Of a stretch of DNA of 64,000 nucleotides, positions 1-9,453 are shown piece by piece. Where the stretch lies: positions 192,001 to 256,000 of the forward strand of contig JBBQZX010000003.1 in NCBI GenBank assembly GCA_038207335.1, written 5' to 3'. How positions within the stretch are numbered: position 1 is the first letter of the stretch; every line of letters begins with the position of its first letter. The notes under the pieces are model-generated. The model had not been told where the DNA came from, did no database searches, and was given only the letters and a program-made list of their open reading frames with translations. This DNA comes from Chthoniobacterales bacterium. GTDB lineage: Bacteria; Verrucomicrobiota; Verrucomicrobiia; Chthoniobacterales; Chthoniobacteraceae. A program made the translations under genes and the position numbers.

Positions 1-183
1 CGCGCGGAATGGTATCGCGAAGGCAAAATTCCGCTCCACACACTCCGCACTCCGATCGACTACGGCTTCGCCGAAGCTCGGACGACCTACGGCGTGATCG
101 GCGTGAAATGCTGGATTTGCAAGAAGCCGGAACTCATCGAAGCCGAGAAACAGGAGAAGCCTGCGACCCCCGCGGCGGCCTAG
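1..183 (+). CDS. rpsC: 30S ribosomal protein S3, C-terminal part (5'-truncated by window)
   Basis: Frame 1 reads [39 protein letters not shown]...TAG at 181-183; lies upstream of rplP. Confidence 0.97.
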   Translation, partial: RAEWYREGKIPLHTLRTPIDYGFAEARTTYGVIGVKCWICKKPELIEAEKQEKPATPAAA

Positions 184-219
184 TTCGGAACCTCGGAAAC
201 ACTTTAAAAGGAATCTCTT

Positions 220-642
220 ATGCCTTTGATGCCCAAACGTGTGAAGTATCGCAAGACCCAGCGGGGAAGCCGCTCGGGGACCGCGACGCGGAACATCAAC
301 ATCGATTTCGGCGCTTTCGCGCTGCAAACCCTTGAGCGCGCCTGGCTCACCAACACCCAGATCGAAGCCGCTCGTGTCGCGCTCACCCGCAACATGAAAC
401 GAAAAGGAAAGCTCTGGATTCGTATCTTCCCGGACAAGTCGGTGACGGCTCGCCCGCCAGAGACTCGAATGGGTAAAGGCAAAGGCGCGCCCGAGTATTG
501 GGTTGCGACCGTGCGCCCCGGTAACATCCTTTTCGAGCTCGACGGCATTCCTGAGTCCGTCGCCCGCGAGTCGCTCCGGCTCGCTGCTGACAAGCTCCCC
601 GTCCGCACCAAATTTCTCACCCGGCACCGCGCCGCTGCTTAA
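220..642 (+). CDS. rplP: 50S ribosomal protein L16
   Basis: [16 protein letters not shown] motifs; operon position. Confidence 0.99.
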   Translation: MPLMPKRVKYRKTQRGSRSGTATRNINIDFGAFALQTLERAWLTNTQIEAARVALTRNMKRKGKLWIRIFPDKSVTARPPETRMGKGKGAPEYWVATVRPGNILFELDGIPESVARESLRLAADKLPVRTKFLTRHRAAA

Positions 643-645
643 GCC

Positions 646-855
646 ATGACGATCAAAGAAATCCGTGATCTCAGCGTCGATGAACTCGGCTCGCGCAAAC
701 GCGAGCTGCGCGATGAGATTTTCCATCTCCGAATCCAGCAGCAAAGCGGACAGCTCGAAAAGCCGAGCCAGCTCCGCAAGCTCGGCCGCGAAGTCGCGAG
801 GCTCGAGACTGTCTTGACTCAGAAATCCCAACCGGCAGCAGTCGCTGCCAAGTAA
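646..855 (+). CDS. rpmC: 50S ribosomal protein L29
   Basis: 69 aa, LEKPSQLRKLGREVARLETVL; between rplP and rpsQ. Confidence 0.97.
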   Translation: MTIKEIRDLSVDELGSRKRELRDEIFHLRIQQQSGQLEKPSQLRKLGREVARLETVLTQKSQPAAVAAK

Positions 856-858
856 TCC

Positions 859-1140
859 ATGAGCGAAGAATCCAATACAATCACTGCGGACGAATCGCGC
901 GGTTTGCGCAAAGAGCGCGTCGGTCAAGTCGTCTCGAACAAGATGGCCAAGACGCTGGTGGTCGAGACCGTCACTCGAGTTCCGCACGCCAAGTTCGGCA
1001 AGATCATCAAACAGGTGAAACGCTTCTACGCACATGACGAAGAAGGCACCGCACAGATGGGCGACACCGTCCGCATCATGGAGACGCGCCCGCTCAGCAA
1101 ATTAAAGCGGTGGCGTTTGGTTGAAGTTCTCAAACACTAG
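859..1140 (+). CDS. rpsQ: 30S ribosomal protein S17
   Basis: [26 protein letters not shown]. Confidence 0.99.
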   Translation: MSEESNTITADESRGLRKERVGQVVSNKMAKTLVVETVTRVPHAKFGKIIKQVKRFYAHDEEGTAQMGDTVRIMETRPLSKLKRWRLVEVLKH

Positions 1141-1163
1141 CGTATCCTCCGCGCCCCAATTTT

Positions 1164-1532
1164 ATGCTCCAGATTCGTTCCAGACTCGATGTCGCTGACA
1201 ATACCGGCGCCCGCATGGCCAAAATGATCGGCGTCATCGGCAAGAAGAATTCACCCGAAGCCTACGTCGGCGATGTGATCACGGCGCACGTCCGCGAGGC
1301 TTCCGCTGGCGGAACGGTCAAGAAAGGCGACGTCGTTCGCGCCGTGATCGTCCGCACCAGGCAGCCGATTCGCCGCGATGACGGCAGCTACCTTCGCTTC
1401 GACAACAACGCGATCGTCATCATCGACAAAGACCTCAACCCGCGCGGCACTCGCATCTTCGGCCCCGTGGCCCGTGAACTTCGCGAAAAGAACTTCATGA
1501 AGATCGTCTCACTCGCGCCGGAGGTCCTCTAA
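1164..1532 (+). CDS. rplN: 50S ribosomal protein L14
   Basis: [32 protein letters not shown]. Confidence 0.99.
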   Translation: MLQIRSRLDVADNTGARMAKMIGVIGKKNSPEAYVGDVITAHVREASAGGTVKKGDVVRAVIVRTRQPIRRDDGSYLRFDNNAIVIIDKDLNPRGTRIFGPVARELREKNFMKIVSLAPEVL

Positions 1533-1535
1533 TCC

Positions 1536-1790
1536 ATGAACCGTCCCAGTTTCCACGTCAAAAAAGGCGACCAAGTCGAAGTCATCACCGGGAACCATCG
1601 CGGCGCTTCAGGTAAGGTGCTTCAAGTTCTGCCGAAGAAGTCGCAAGTCCTCGTCGAGGGTGTCCGCATGATCAAGAAGCACATGCGCAAATCGCAGGAC
1701 AATCCACAGGGTTCAATCGCGGAGCGCGAAGGCCCGATTCACATTTCAAACGTCAAGCTCATCGAGAAGGCTGACAAAGCAAAAAAGTAA
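1536..1790 (+). CDS. rplX: 50S ribosomal protein L24 (short form)
   Basis: KOW motif VKKGDQVEVITG, EGPIHISNV. Confidence 0.97.
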   Translation: MNRPSFHVKKGDQVEVITGNHRGASGKVLQVLPKKSQVLVEGVRMIKKHMRKSQDNPQGSIAEREGPIHISNVKLIEKADKAKK

Positions 1791-1802
1791 CACGCGAGAG
1801 CC

Positions 1803-2378
1803 ATGGCTGTTGAACTTCACACATTTTACAAAGAGACCGTCATTCCGACGCTCAAAGAGAAGCACGGATACAAGAACGCGCATCAGGTGCCTCATGTCCA
1901 AAAGGTCGTCGTGAATACCTGCGTCGGCTCGAGCCAGGACGGCAAGCAGGCGCTCGAAGACGCGAAGGCTGAGCTGAGCTTGGTCACGGGCCAGAAGCCC
2001 GCCGAGACGCGCTCGAAAAAGAGCATCGCGAACTTCAAGCTCCGTCAGGATCAACCCATCGGCGCAAAGGTAACTCTTCGCGGCGCTCGGATGTATGAGT
2101 TCCTCGAGCGTCTGATCAAGACGGCGCTTCCCCGCATTCGCGACTTTCGCGGTGTCTCGACTCGTGCGTTTGACGGCAATGGGAACTACACACTTGGCGT
2201 GCCCGACCAGTCCATTTTTCCCGAAGTCGAACTCGACAAAATCAAGCGCAACATCGGTTTTGACGTGACGATCGTCACCTCCACTCGCGACGACGCCGAG
2301 GCCAAGTCGCTCCTCACCGAACTCGGCATGCCTTTCTCCGACAAAGCAAAGCGGCCGCAACAACCGAAGGCGGCGTAA
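1803..2378 (+). CDS. rplE: 50S ribosomal protein L5
   Basis: ALPRIRDFRG, FDGNGNYTLG, IFPEV. Confidence 0.99.
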   Translation: MAVELHTFYKETVIPTLKEKHGYKNAHQVPHVQKVVVNTCVGSSQDGKQALEDAKAELSLVTGQKPAETRSKKSIANFKLRQDQPIGAKVTLRGARMYEFLERLIKTALPRIRDFRGVSTRAFDGNGNYTLGVPDQSIFPEVELDKIKRNIGFDVTIVTSTRDDAEAKSLLTELGMPFSDKAKRPQQPKAA

Positions 2379-2387
2379 TTTCCTGAC

Positions 2388-2786
2388 ATGAGCAATCTTT
2401 CCGATCCCATCGCCGACTTCCTGACACGGATTCGCAATGCCAACACCGCGCAGAAGGCAGAGCTTCTCGTGCCTTACTCCAAGATCAAAGCGGAGATCGC
2501 GCGCATCCTGAAGCAGGAGGGTTACATCACGGACTACGAAGTCGAGACGACTGGCAAGTTCCCGCAGATCAAAGTGACCAACAAGCTGCAGAACCGCACG
2601 TCGGCGATCACTGGCTTGAAGCGCATTAGCAAGCCCGGTTTGCGCAAGTATGTCGGTGCCGGTAAAATCCCGCTCGTACTTCGCGGTATGGGCATTTCGA
2701 TCCTTTCCACGCCGCGCGGCCTCGTGACCGGTCGTGAAGCCAAGAAGCAGAATGTCGGCGGCGAACTGCTCGCCTACGTTTGGTAA
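2388..2786 (+). CDS. rpsH: 30S ribosomal protein S8
   Basis: DPIADFLTRIRNA, SKPGLRKY, GGELLAYVW. Confidence 0.99.
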   Translation: MSNLSDPIADFLTRIRNANTAQKAELLVPYSKIKAEIARILKQEGYITDYEVETTGKFPQIKVTNKLQNRTSAITGLKRISKPGLRKYVGAGKIPLVLRGMGISILSTPRGLVTGREAKKQNVGGELLAYVW

Positions 2787-2804
2787 CAACTCAGGAGCAC
2801 CGCT

Positions 2805-3344
2805 ATGTCTCGTATTGGTAAAAAAATCATCGACCTTCCTGAGAAGGTGAAACTCGACTTCGGCAACGAAGGCGCTGTCAGCGTCGAGGGGCCGAAAGGC
2901 AAGCTAGCGTGGCAGTTGCCGCGTCAGATCAAAGGCAGTGTGGATGGGAGCAAGGTGCAGATCGAACGCAGCAGTGAAGATCGCAAGGTGCGTGCGCTGC
3001 ACGGACTTTCCCGGGCGCTCATCAATAACATGGTCATCGGCGTCAGCGCTGGCTTCACGAAGGACCTCGAGATTCAAGGCGTCGGATTCAAGGCAGCCGT
3101 CCAAGGCAAGATTTTGAAGCTGAACCTAGGCTTTTCACACGACATCCTGTTTCCCATTCCCGAGGGATTGAAGATCACCGTCGCCGACAACACGAAGGTG
3201 AAGATCGAAGGGATCGACAAGCATCTCGTCGGGCAAGCAGCCGCCGACATCCGCGGCTACTACCCGCCGGAGCCCTACAAGGGCAAAGGAGTTCGCTATG
3301 CCGGCGAACAGATCGTTCGCAAGGAAGGCAAAACCGTCCAGTAA
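2805..3344 (+). CDS. rplF: 50S ribosomal protein L6
   Basis: MSRIGKK, PPEPYKGKGVRY. Confidence 0.99.
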   Translation: MSRIGKKIIDLPEKVKLDFGNEGAVSVEGPKGKLAWQLPRQIKGSVDGSKVQIERSSEDRKVRALHGLSRALINNMVIGVSAGFTKDLEIQGVGFKAAVQGKILKLNLGFSHDILFPIPEGLKITVADNTKVKIEGIDKHLVGQAAADIRGYYPPEPYKGKGVRYAGEQIVRKEGKTVQ

Positions 3345-3347
3345 CCT

Positions 3348-3704
3348 ATGCCTCGTCCAAATTCTCTCACGCTCCGCCACACGCGCCTTCGGAAGAAAGT
3401 GTCAGGCACGCCTCAGCGTCCCCGCCTGGCGGTTCATTTTTCTGGCCAGCACATCTACGCGCAGGTCATCGACGACGAAGCGGGCAAGACCATTGCAGCC
3501 GTCAATACCACGGAAGCCGACTTTCGCGGCGACAAGACCAGTCGCCCGAACGTGGTGACCGCTGTCAAAGTGGGTAAGCTCGTGGCCGAGCGCGCAATCA
3601 CGAAGAACGTCCAGGCGGTCGTCTTCGACCGCGGCGGTTTCATTTATCACGGGAAAGTCAAAGCTCTCGCCGACGCTGCGCGCGAAGCCGGCTTGCAATT
3701 TTAA
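3348..3704 (+). CDS. rplR: 50S ribosomal protein L18
   Basis: [34 protein letters not shown]. Confidence 0.99.
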   Translation: MPRPNSLTLRHTRLRKKVSGTPQRPRLAVHFSGQHIYAQVIDDEAGKTIAAVNTTEADFRGDKTSRPNVVTAVKVGKLVAERAITKNVQAVVFDRGGFIYHGKVKALADAAREAGLQF

Positions 3705-3715
3705 TTCGACTCAAT

Positions 3716-4270
3716 ATGGCAGAACCTCAACGCAACCGCGGACGGCGCCCCGAGCGCAAACAGGCGGAGAAAGACCCTTCGGATCTCACGGAGAAAGTAG
3801 TTTTCATCAACCGATGCGCTAAAGTCGTCAAAGGCGGACGGCGCTTTAGCTTCAGCGCGTTGATCGTGGCCGGAGACAAACTGGGTCGCGTCGGTTGCGG
3901 CTTTGGCAAGGCGAATGAAGTCTCAGAAGCGATTCGAAAGGCTTCGGAGTCTGCCAAGAAGTCACTTGTCAAAATATCAATCCTGAACAGCACCATCCCG
4001 CACGAAGTCATCGGCGAGCATGGTGGTGGCCGCGTGCTTTTGAAACCCGCATCGCCGGGAACCGGCGTCATCGCCGGCGGGGGCGTGCGTGCGGTCGTGG
4101 AAGCGGTCGGCATCCGCGACGTGCTCGCGAAGTCGCTGGGTTCCAACAACCACGCGAATGTGGTGAAGGCCACGATCGAAGCTCTTACTCAACTGCGACT
4201 GAAGGAGCAGATTTTCAAGACTCGGGGCATCGCGTATCACAAGCCACAGGCCGCTGTCGCCGCAAACTAA
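3716..4270 (+). CDS. rpsE: 30S ribosomal protein S5
   Basis: [29 protein letters not shown]. Confidence 0.99.
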   Translation: MAEPQRNRGRRPERKQAEKDPSDLTEKVVFINRCAKVVKGGRRFSFSALIVAGDKLGRVGCGFGKANEVSEAIRKASESAKKSLVKISILNSTIPHEVIGEHGGGRVLLKPASPGTGVIAGGGVRAVVEAVGIRDVLAKSLGSNNHANVVKATIEALTQLRLKEQIFKTRGIAYHKPQAAVAAN

Positions 4271-4276
4271 GACTCT

Positions 4277-4720
4277 ATGAATCTCTCGAATCTCAAACCA
4301 CGTCCCGGAGCGAAGCATCGCCCGAAACGCCTCGGCTGCGGCGAGAGCAGCGGTCACGGCAAGACCAGCGGCAAAGGGCACAAAGGTCAGAAAGCGCGTT
4401 CCGGCGGGAGCATTCGTCTCGGTTTTGAAGGCGGTCAGATGCCGCTGATCCGGCGTGTGCCGAAGCGCGGCTTCAACAACGCGCAGTTCAAGACGCGGTA
4501 TGCGATCATCAATCTCGGTGACTTGGAGCAATTCGAAGCAGGCGCGCAAATCGATGAATCACTTTTGCGCGAGACTGGGTTGATTCGCGGAATCGTCGAT
4601 GGCTTGAAAGTTCTCGGGAACGGGGAATTGACGAAGGCACTTTCCATCACCGCGGAAAAGGTCAGTGCTTCTGCCAAGGAAAAAATCGAGAAGGCGGGCG
4701 GATCGGTAACTTTGAAATAA
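4277..4720 (+). CDS. rplO: 50S ribosomal protein L15
   Basis: GKTSGKGHKGQKARSG, GFEGGQMPL. Confidence 0.99.
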   Translation: MNLSNLKPRPGAKHRPKRLGCGESSGHGKTSGKGHKGQKARSGGSIRLGFEGGQMPLIRRVPKRGFNNAQFKTRYAIINLGDLEQFEAGAQIDESLLRETGLIRGIVDGLKVLGNGELTKALSITAEKVSASAKEKIEKAGGSVTLK

Positions 4721-4725
4721 CTTTC

Positions 4726-4765
4726 CGCCATTTCGAGAAGGGCCGCGCGCTTTTCTCGATTGGCG
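4726..4765 (+). other. Intergenic stem-loop between rplO and secY
   Basis: cgcca/tggcg plus tcgagaagg/ttttctcga pairing (two G-U); no U-tract after the stem. Confidence 0.5.
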
Positions 4766-4792
4766 ATTGCCGGACTCGTGCCGGGCTGCTCA

Positions 4793-6298
4793 ATGATCTC
4801 GGCTTTTACCAACACATTCAAGATTCCCGAATTGCGGAACCGGGTGCTTTTCACCTTGGTTCTGCTGGTGGTCGTGCGCGTCGGAGCGGCGATTACGTGT
4901 CCCGGGGTCAATGCCTCGGTGCTGCAGCATTGGTTCCAGTCGCAGGTCAATAGCCAGTCGGGCGGCAGTGTTGCCGCGTTGTTCAACATTTTCAGCGGCG
5001 GCGCTCTCGAGAATTGCGCGGTCTTCTCGCTCGGGGTGATGCCCTACATCAGTGCATCGATCATGATGCAGCTTCTGACGGCGGTCATCCCGCAACTCGG
5101 CAAGCTGGCAAAGGAGGACGGCGGGCGGCAGAAGATCATGCAATACACGCGGTATGCCACGATCGCGCTGTGCATCTTTCAGGGCTACCTGCTCTCACTT
5201 TCGTTTCAGAAGCCGCAGTCGAATCCGTTCCTGCCCGGCATCATCGACACCATCAACAAGATGGGCGTCGATCTCGTGGCCGACCAAGGCTGGTCGTTTC
5301 GGATCATGACGGTGATCACGCTCACCGCCGGTACGATGTTGCTGATGTGGCTGGGCGATCAAATCACCGATCGGGGCATCGGCAACGGCATGTCGATGAT
5401 CATCACGGTCGGCATCGTCGCGCGGCTTCCGGCTGCGTTGATCCAAGCGTGGCATACCTTTGTTCCTTCAGATTCTCAGAACTCCAGCCAGGTGAACCCG
5501 ATGGTGCTGGTGCTCATGATCGCGTTCCTTGTCCTAGTCATCGCGGCGGTCATCTGTGTGACACAGGCTCAACGAAGGATCAGCGTGCAATATGCGAAGC
5601 GTGTGGTCGGGCGGAAAGTCTATGGCGGACAGACGCAATATATGCCGTTGAAAGTGAACTACGCGGGGGTGATGCCGATCATCTTTGCGCAAGCGCTTCT
5701 TGTGTTCCCTTCGACGATCGCCAACATGCTTTTCCGCGATTCCGCGACGGCGCAGAAAGTGGCGGCGGCGCTGACCAACGGGCCGATCCATTACGCCTTG
5801 TATGGCGTGATGATCTTCTTCTTCAGCTACTTTTGGGTTGCGACGCAGTTTCAGCCACAGCAGATCGCGGAAGACCTCAAGAAGTACGGCGGTTACATTC
5901 CCGGAGTTCGGCCAGGCAAGCCGACCGCGGACTTCCTCGATTTCACCATGACGCGCTTGACATTCGCCGGCGCGATCTTCCTAACCTTCATCGCGATCAT
6001 GCCGCAAATGCTTTCGCACCAATTGAACGTGCCATACATCACGGCGCAGTTCTTTGGCGGCACGAGTCTGCTGATCGTTGTCGGTGTCGTCTTGGACACC
6101 ATGCGGCAGGTCGAGACTCATCTGATCCAGCGGCATTATGATGGCTTTTTGCGGAAGGGCCGGATTCGCGGACGCTTTGACCGGACACCTGCCGGACGCG
6201 GTGAAGCGGTGAAGCAAAGCGCGCTCGTCTGGCTTTACGTGGGCATCGCGATCTTGATCGTCGCTGGCATGACTATCTTTATCGCGGGACGTTTTTGA
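4793..6298 (+). CDS. secY: Preprotein translocase subunit SecY with C-terminal extension
   Basis: LGVMPYISASI, GIGNGMS, AGVMPIIFA, IPGVRPG, FGGTSLLIVVGV, YDGF; ATG at 4793 preferred to TTG at 4760. Confidence 0.98.
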   Translation: MISAFTNTFKIPELRNRVLFTLVLLVVVRVGAAITCPGVNASVLQHWFQSQVNSQSGGSVAALFNIFSGGALENCAVFSLGVMPYISASIMMQLLTAVIPQLGKLAKEDGGRQKIMQYTRYATIALCIFQGYLLSLSFQKPQSNPFLPGIIDTINKMGVDLVADQGWSFRIMTVITLTAGTMLLMWLGDQITDRGIGNGMSMIITVGIVARLPAALIQAWHTFVPSDSQNSSQVNPMVLVLMIAFLVLVIAAVICVTQAQRRISVQYAKRVVGRKVYGGQTQYMPLKVNYAGVMPIIFAQALLVFPSTIANMLFRDSATAQKVAAALTNGPIHYALYGVMIFFFSYFWVATQFQPQQIAEDLKKYGGYIPGVRPGKPTADFLDFTMTRLTFAGAIFLTFIAIMPQMLSHQLNVPYITAQFFGGTSLLIVVGVVLDTMRQVETHLIQRHYDGFLRKGRIRGRFDRTPAGRGEAVKQSALVWLYVGIAILIVAGMTIFIAGRF

Positions 6299-6349
6299 GG
6301 TGAGAAAGTCCGAGTCGTTTGTGAATGAAAAGGAAGGAGTGCGAGCGTA

Positions 6350-7114
6350 ATGATTCCGATCAAGAGTGATCGTGAGATCGGGAAAATGCGCGAATCCTGC
6401 AAGACGGCGAGCGTCGTGCTGGACCGCGTGAGCAGCCTCATTCGGCCGGGCATTTCAACGGGCGATGTCGATCAGGCTGCTGCTGACTACATGTCGGAAG
6501 AGAAGTGCAAGAGCGCTTTTCTGGGCTATCGCGGATTTCCGGGAAATGTGTGTATTTCGATCAACGAAGAAGTCGTGCATGGGATCGGCGGGAACCGTAA
6601 AATTCAATACGGCGATATCGTGAAACTGGACGTCGGGATCGTGAAAGACGGCTGGGTCGGGGACACGGCGACCACCGTTCCAGTCGGAGCGATCGATGCG
6701 AAAGTCCAGCGTTTGCTGCAAGTCACGGAGTCCACGCTCGACCTAGCGATTACGTTTGCGCAACATGGGCGTCGGCTTGGCGATTTATGCGCGGCGATTG
6801 AGGATGAGATCACCGCGAATGGATACACGGTAGTTCGGGAATTTGTGGGCCATGGAGTCGGGCGCAAGCTCCACGAGGAGCCGCAGGTTCCGAATTATGG
6901 GCGCCGTGGCAGCGGGCCGAAGCTCAAGGCCGGCATGACCATCGCGATCGAGCCCATGGTCAACATGGGCGGCAGCGCAGTACAGATTTTGGATGACAAG
7001 TGGACAGTCGTAACGATGGACAGCAAACCGTCCGCGCATTTTGAGCACACGGTTTTGATCACCAAGGGCGAGCCGGAGATTCTCACATGGCGCAAGAAAA
7101 CGGCGCTCAAATGA
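6350..7114 (+). CDS. map: Type I methionine aminopeptidase
   Basis: NEEVVHGI, GHGVG..LHEEP, AIEPM, SAHFEHT. Confidence 0.98.
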   Translation: MIPIKSDREIGKMRESCKTASVVLDRVSSLIRPGISTGDVDQAAADYMSEEKCKSAFLGYRGFPGNVCISINEEVVHGIGGNRKIQYGDIVKLDVGIVKDGWVGDTATTVPVGAIDAKVQRLLQVTESTLDLAITFAQHGRRLGDLCAAIEDEITANGYTVVREFVGHGVGRKLHEEPQVPNYGRRGSGPKLKAGMTIAIEPMVNMGGSAVQILDDKWTVVTMDSKPSAHFEHTVLITKGEPEILTWRKKTALK

Positions 7115-7183
7115 GGTTTGCGTCCGTCATTTTCAGCGCTCTTTCCCGCGTGCCGAGCGATTTTATTTTTCTGAAGTCATGCC

Positions 7184-7211
7184 TTGCCAAGCCGAAAAAC
7201 TCTGCTAAAAA
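7184..7211 (+). promoter_or_regulatory. Possible sigma70-type promoter for rpmJ-rpsM-rpsK-rpsD
   Basis: TTGCCA(7184)-16 nt-TAAAAA(7206) with extended TG, in the AT-richer map-rpmJ gap. Confidence 0.3.
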
Positions 7212-7338
7212 CTTTACCCCCGCTGCCTCCAGAGGCCGGGCCAATTTCCGTCAATCGCCATTCCAGACTTGATCGCACTGGGAAGTCACCACTTTCCAGC
7301 GCGATTTTTTGTCCCCAAAAATCCAACCATTTCCATCT

Positions 7339-7452
7339 ATGAAAGTGAGAGCATCCGTCAAAAGGCTTTGCGAAGCGTGCCGCATCGTGAAGCGAAAAAA
7401 TGTCGTGCGCGTGATCTGCAAAAACGCCCGTCACAAACAGCGGCAAGGTTAA
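7339..7452 (+). CDS. rpmJ: 50S ribosomal protein L36 (zinc-ribbon type); too short for the ORF track
   Basis: [37 protein letters not shown]. Confidence 0.98.
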   Translation: MKVRASVKRLCEACRIVKRKNVVRVICKNARHKQRQG

Positions 7453-7468
7453 TTTTAAATTCACGCAT

Positions 7469-7858
7469 ATGCCCCGACTACTTGGAGTTGAAATCCCCGG
7501 CGACAAACGCATCGATGCGTCTTTGCCATACATTTACGGAATCGGTCCCAGCACAGCGAAAAAGATCCTCGAACAGGCGAATGTTCAGCCGAGCATTCGC
7601 GCGAAGGACCTGACGCCAGAGCAACTGAACCACATCATCCAGGCGATCACGGCGAGCAAGCTGGCGATCGAGGGCGATCTGCGTCGGGAGATTCAGTCGA
7701 ATCTCAAGCGACTCCAGGCGATCAACTGCTACCGCGGAATCCGGCATCGCCGCGGATTGCCGGTGCGCGGACAGCGCACGTCCACAAATGCGCGCACGCG
7801 CAAAGGACCGCGCAAGACGGTGGGCGTCCAGCGCGCCAAAGACGCGAAAGCCAAGTAA
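7469..7858 (+). CDS. rpsM: 30S ribosomal protein S13
   Basis: [32 protein letters not shown]. Confidence 0.99.
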   Translation: MPRLLGVEIPGDKRIDASLPYIYGIGPSTAKKILEQANVQPSIRAKDLTPEQLNHIIQAITASKLAIEGDLRREIQSNLKRLQAINCYRGIRHRRGLPVRGQRTSTNARTRKGPRKTVGVQRAKDAKAK

Positions 7859-7870
7859 CCAAACTCTCGT

Positions 7871-8527
7871 ATGCCCGAACCAAAAAAAACCAAAGCCGCG
7901 AGCGCGGAAAAGCCCGCGGCATCCGCTCCGGAATCGACTCCCGAAGCCGCACCTGCAGCCGCTGCCGCACCGAGTGCGGCCGCTGAGGCGGCTGCGCCTG
8001 AAGGTGGCGCCGCGACTGCGACCGCCGCGTCCGCCCCCGCGAAAGCAGCACCGAAAGCGCGTGCAAAGAAGAAAGACGCCGCTGCGGCTCCGGCCGAGGA
8101 AAAGAAGCCCGAAAACTTCTCCCTCGATCCAAATGCCGTGGTCGAGCAGATCAAGGTCATCAAGGCGAAGGGCAGCAAGAACATCCACACCGGGATCGCT
8201 CATGTGCAGGCCAGCTTCAATAACACGATCGTGAGCATCACGGATCAGAGCGGGCACGTCATCGGATGGTCCAGCGCTGGTAAGGTGGGCTTCAAGGGAT
8301 CGCGCAAAAGCACGGCCTATGCGGCGCAGATGGTCGCTCAGGATGCCTGCCGCCAAGCGATGGGACATGGGCTCAAGGAAGTCGAAGTGCGCGTGAAAGG
8401 CCCTGGTGCCGGACGCGAATCCGCGGTCCGTGCGATCCAAGCGGTCGGACTCGACATCACGTTGATCAAGGACGTGACGCCTGTCCCGCACAACGGCTGC
8501 CGTCCGCCTAAGCAACGGCGCGTCTGA
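7871..8527 (+). CDS. rpsK: 30S ribosomal protein S11 with long Ala/Pro/Lys/Glu-rich N-terminal extension
   Basis: [31 protein letters not shown]. Confidence 0.98.
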   Translation: MPEPKKTKAASAEKPAASAPESTPEAAPAAAAAPSAAAEAAAPEGGAATATAASAPAKAAPKARAKKKDAAAAPAEEKKPENFSLDPNAVVEQIKVIKAKGSKNIHTGIAHVQASFNNTIVSITDQSGHVIGWSSAGKVGFKGSRKSTAYAAQMVAQDACRQAMGHGLKEVEVRVKGPGAGRESAVRAIQAVGLDITLIKDVTPVPHNGCRPPKQRRV

Positions 8528-8577
8528 TCCGGCGCCGAGTTCACCTACTTCACAAAAACGATTTAACTCTCACAGAA

Positions 8578-9189
8578 ATGGCACGTTACACTGGCCCGAA
8601 AGACAAGATCAGTCGCCGCTTTGGAGTCCCGCTTTTTGGCGCGACTAAGGCGCTCGAGAACAAGAACTATCCTCCCGGAATGCACGGCCCCAAAGGCTCG
8701 CGCCGGAAGCAGTCGGAGTATTCCGTGGCGCTCGCTGAGAAGCAAAAGCTGCGGTACCAGTATGGGTTGCTCGAGCGGCAGTTCCGTCGCTACTTTCAAA
8801 TCGCGCTCACTCGCCGCGGCGTCACAGGTCAGATTTTGCTTCAGCTTTTGGAGACGCGTCTCGACAACGTCGTGTTCCGATTGGGCTTTGCGAATAGCCG
8901 CAGTGCGGCGCGCCAGATGGTTTCCCATGGCCATGTGCAGGTGAACGGACGCAAGGTGGATATCTCGTCTTTCAATGTGAAGGCCGGAGACAAGGTGACC
9001 GTGAAAGACAAGGCGAATTCCCGCAGCCTGGCCGCGCGTAATCTCGACCTGACTCAAATCACGCCGGTGCCCGATTGGCTGACGCTCGATAAGGATCACT
9101 TTACCGGGGAGGTCTCACGAATTCCGACGCGTGACGAGATCGCACCGATCGTCAACGAGCAACTGATCGTCGAACTCTATTCGCGATAA
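8578..9189 (+). CDS. rpsD: 30S ribosomal protein S4
   Basis: MARYTGP, LETRLDNVVFRLG, ARQMVSHGH, LIVELYSR. Confidence 0.99.
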   Translation: MARYTGPKDKISRRFGVPLFGATKALENKNYPPGMHGPKGSRRKQSEYSVALAEKQKLRYQYGLLERQFRRYFQIALTRRGVTGQILLQLLETRLDNVVFRLGFANSRSAARQMVSHGHVQVNGRKVDISSFNVKAGDKVTVKDKANSRSLAARNLDLTQITPVPDWLTLDKDHFTGEVSRIPTRDEIAPIVNEQLIVELYSR

Positions 9190-9190
9190 T

Positions 9191-9301
9191 TCGGCTGCTC
9201 TTTCGAGCATGACATTTTCGGCGCAGGCTACCTCTGGTGGTCTGCGCCGGTTTCATTTCATCCGAAGGATCTGATGGATGGCGCTCGCAAAAGAGCAGCG
9301 A
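9191..9301 (+). other. Structured RNA element or terminator after rpsD
   Basis: Outer stem 9191-9208/9283-9301 encloses a 14-bp hairpin at 9219-9249 and a small atcc-gaa-ggat hairpin. Confidence 0.45.
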
Positions 9302-9453
9302 CAGCCATGCACTTCGCGAAATGTGGGCAGCGTTTGCGATCTCCACATCCGCTTCGCGGTCTTGCGTCTTTGCTCGCGAAATATCAGCGCTTTCGCTTCG
9401 GCGATTGCAGCGAACTACGGCGGAAGTAGATTACTGCCGAATTTCAGAGCACC

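Noticed and set aside
7087..7272. 61-aa ORF as a functional infA
   Set aside because: It lacks the IF-1 OB-fold motifs (LPN, HISGK, GDxV); kept only as a possible relic.
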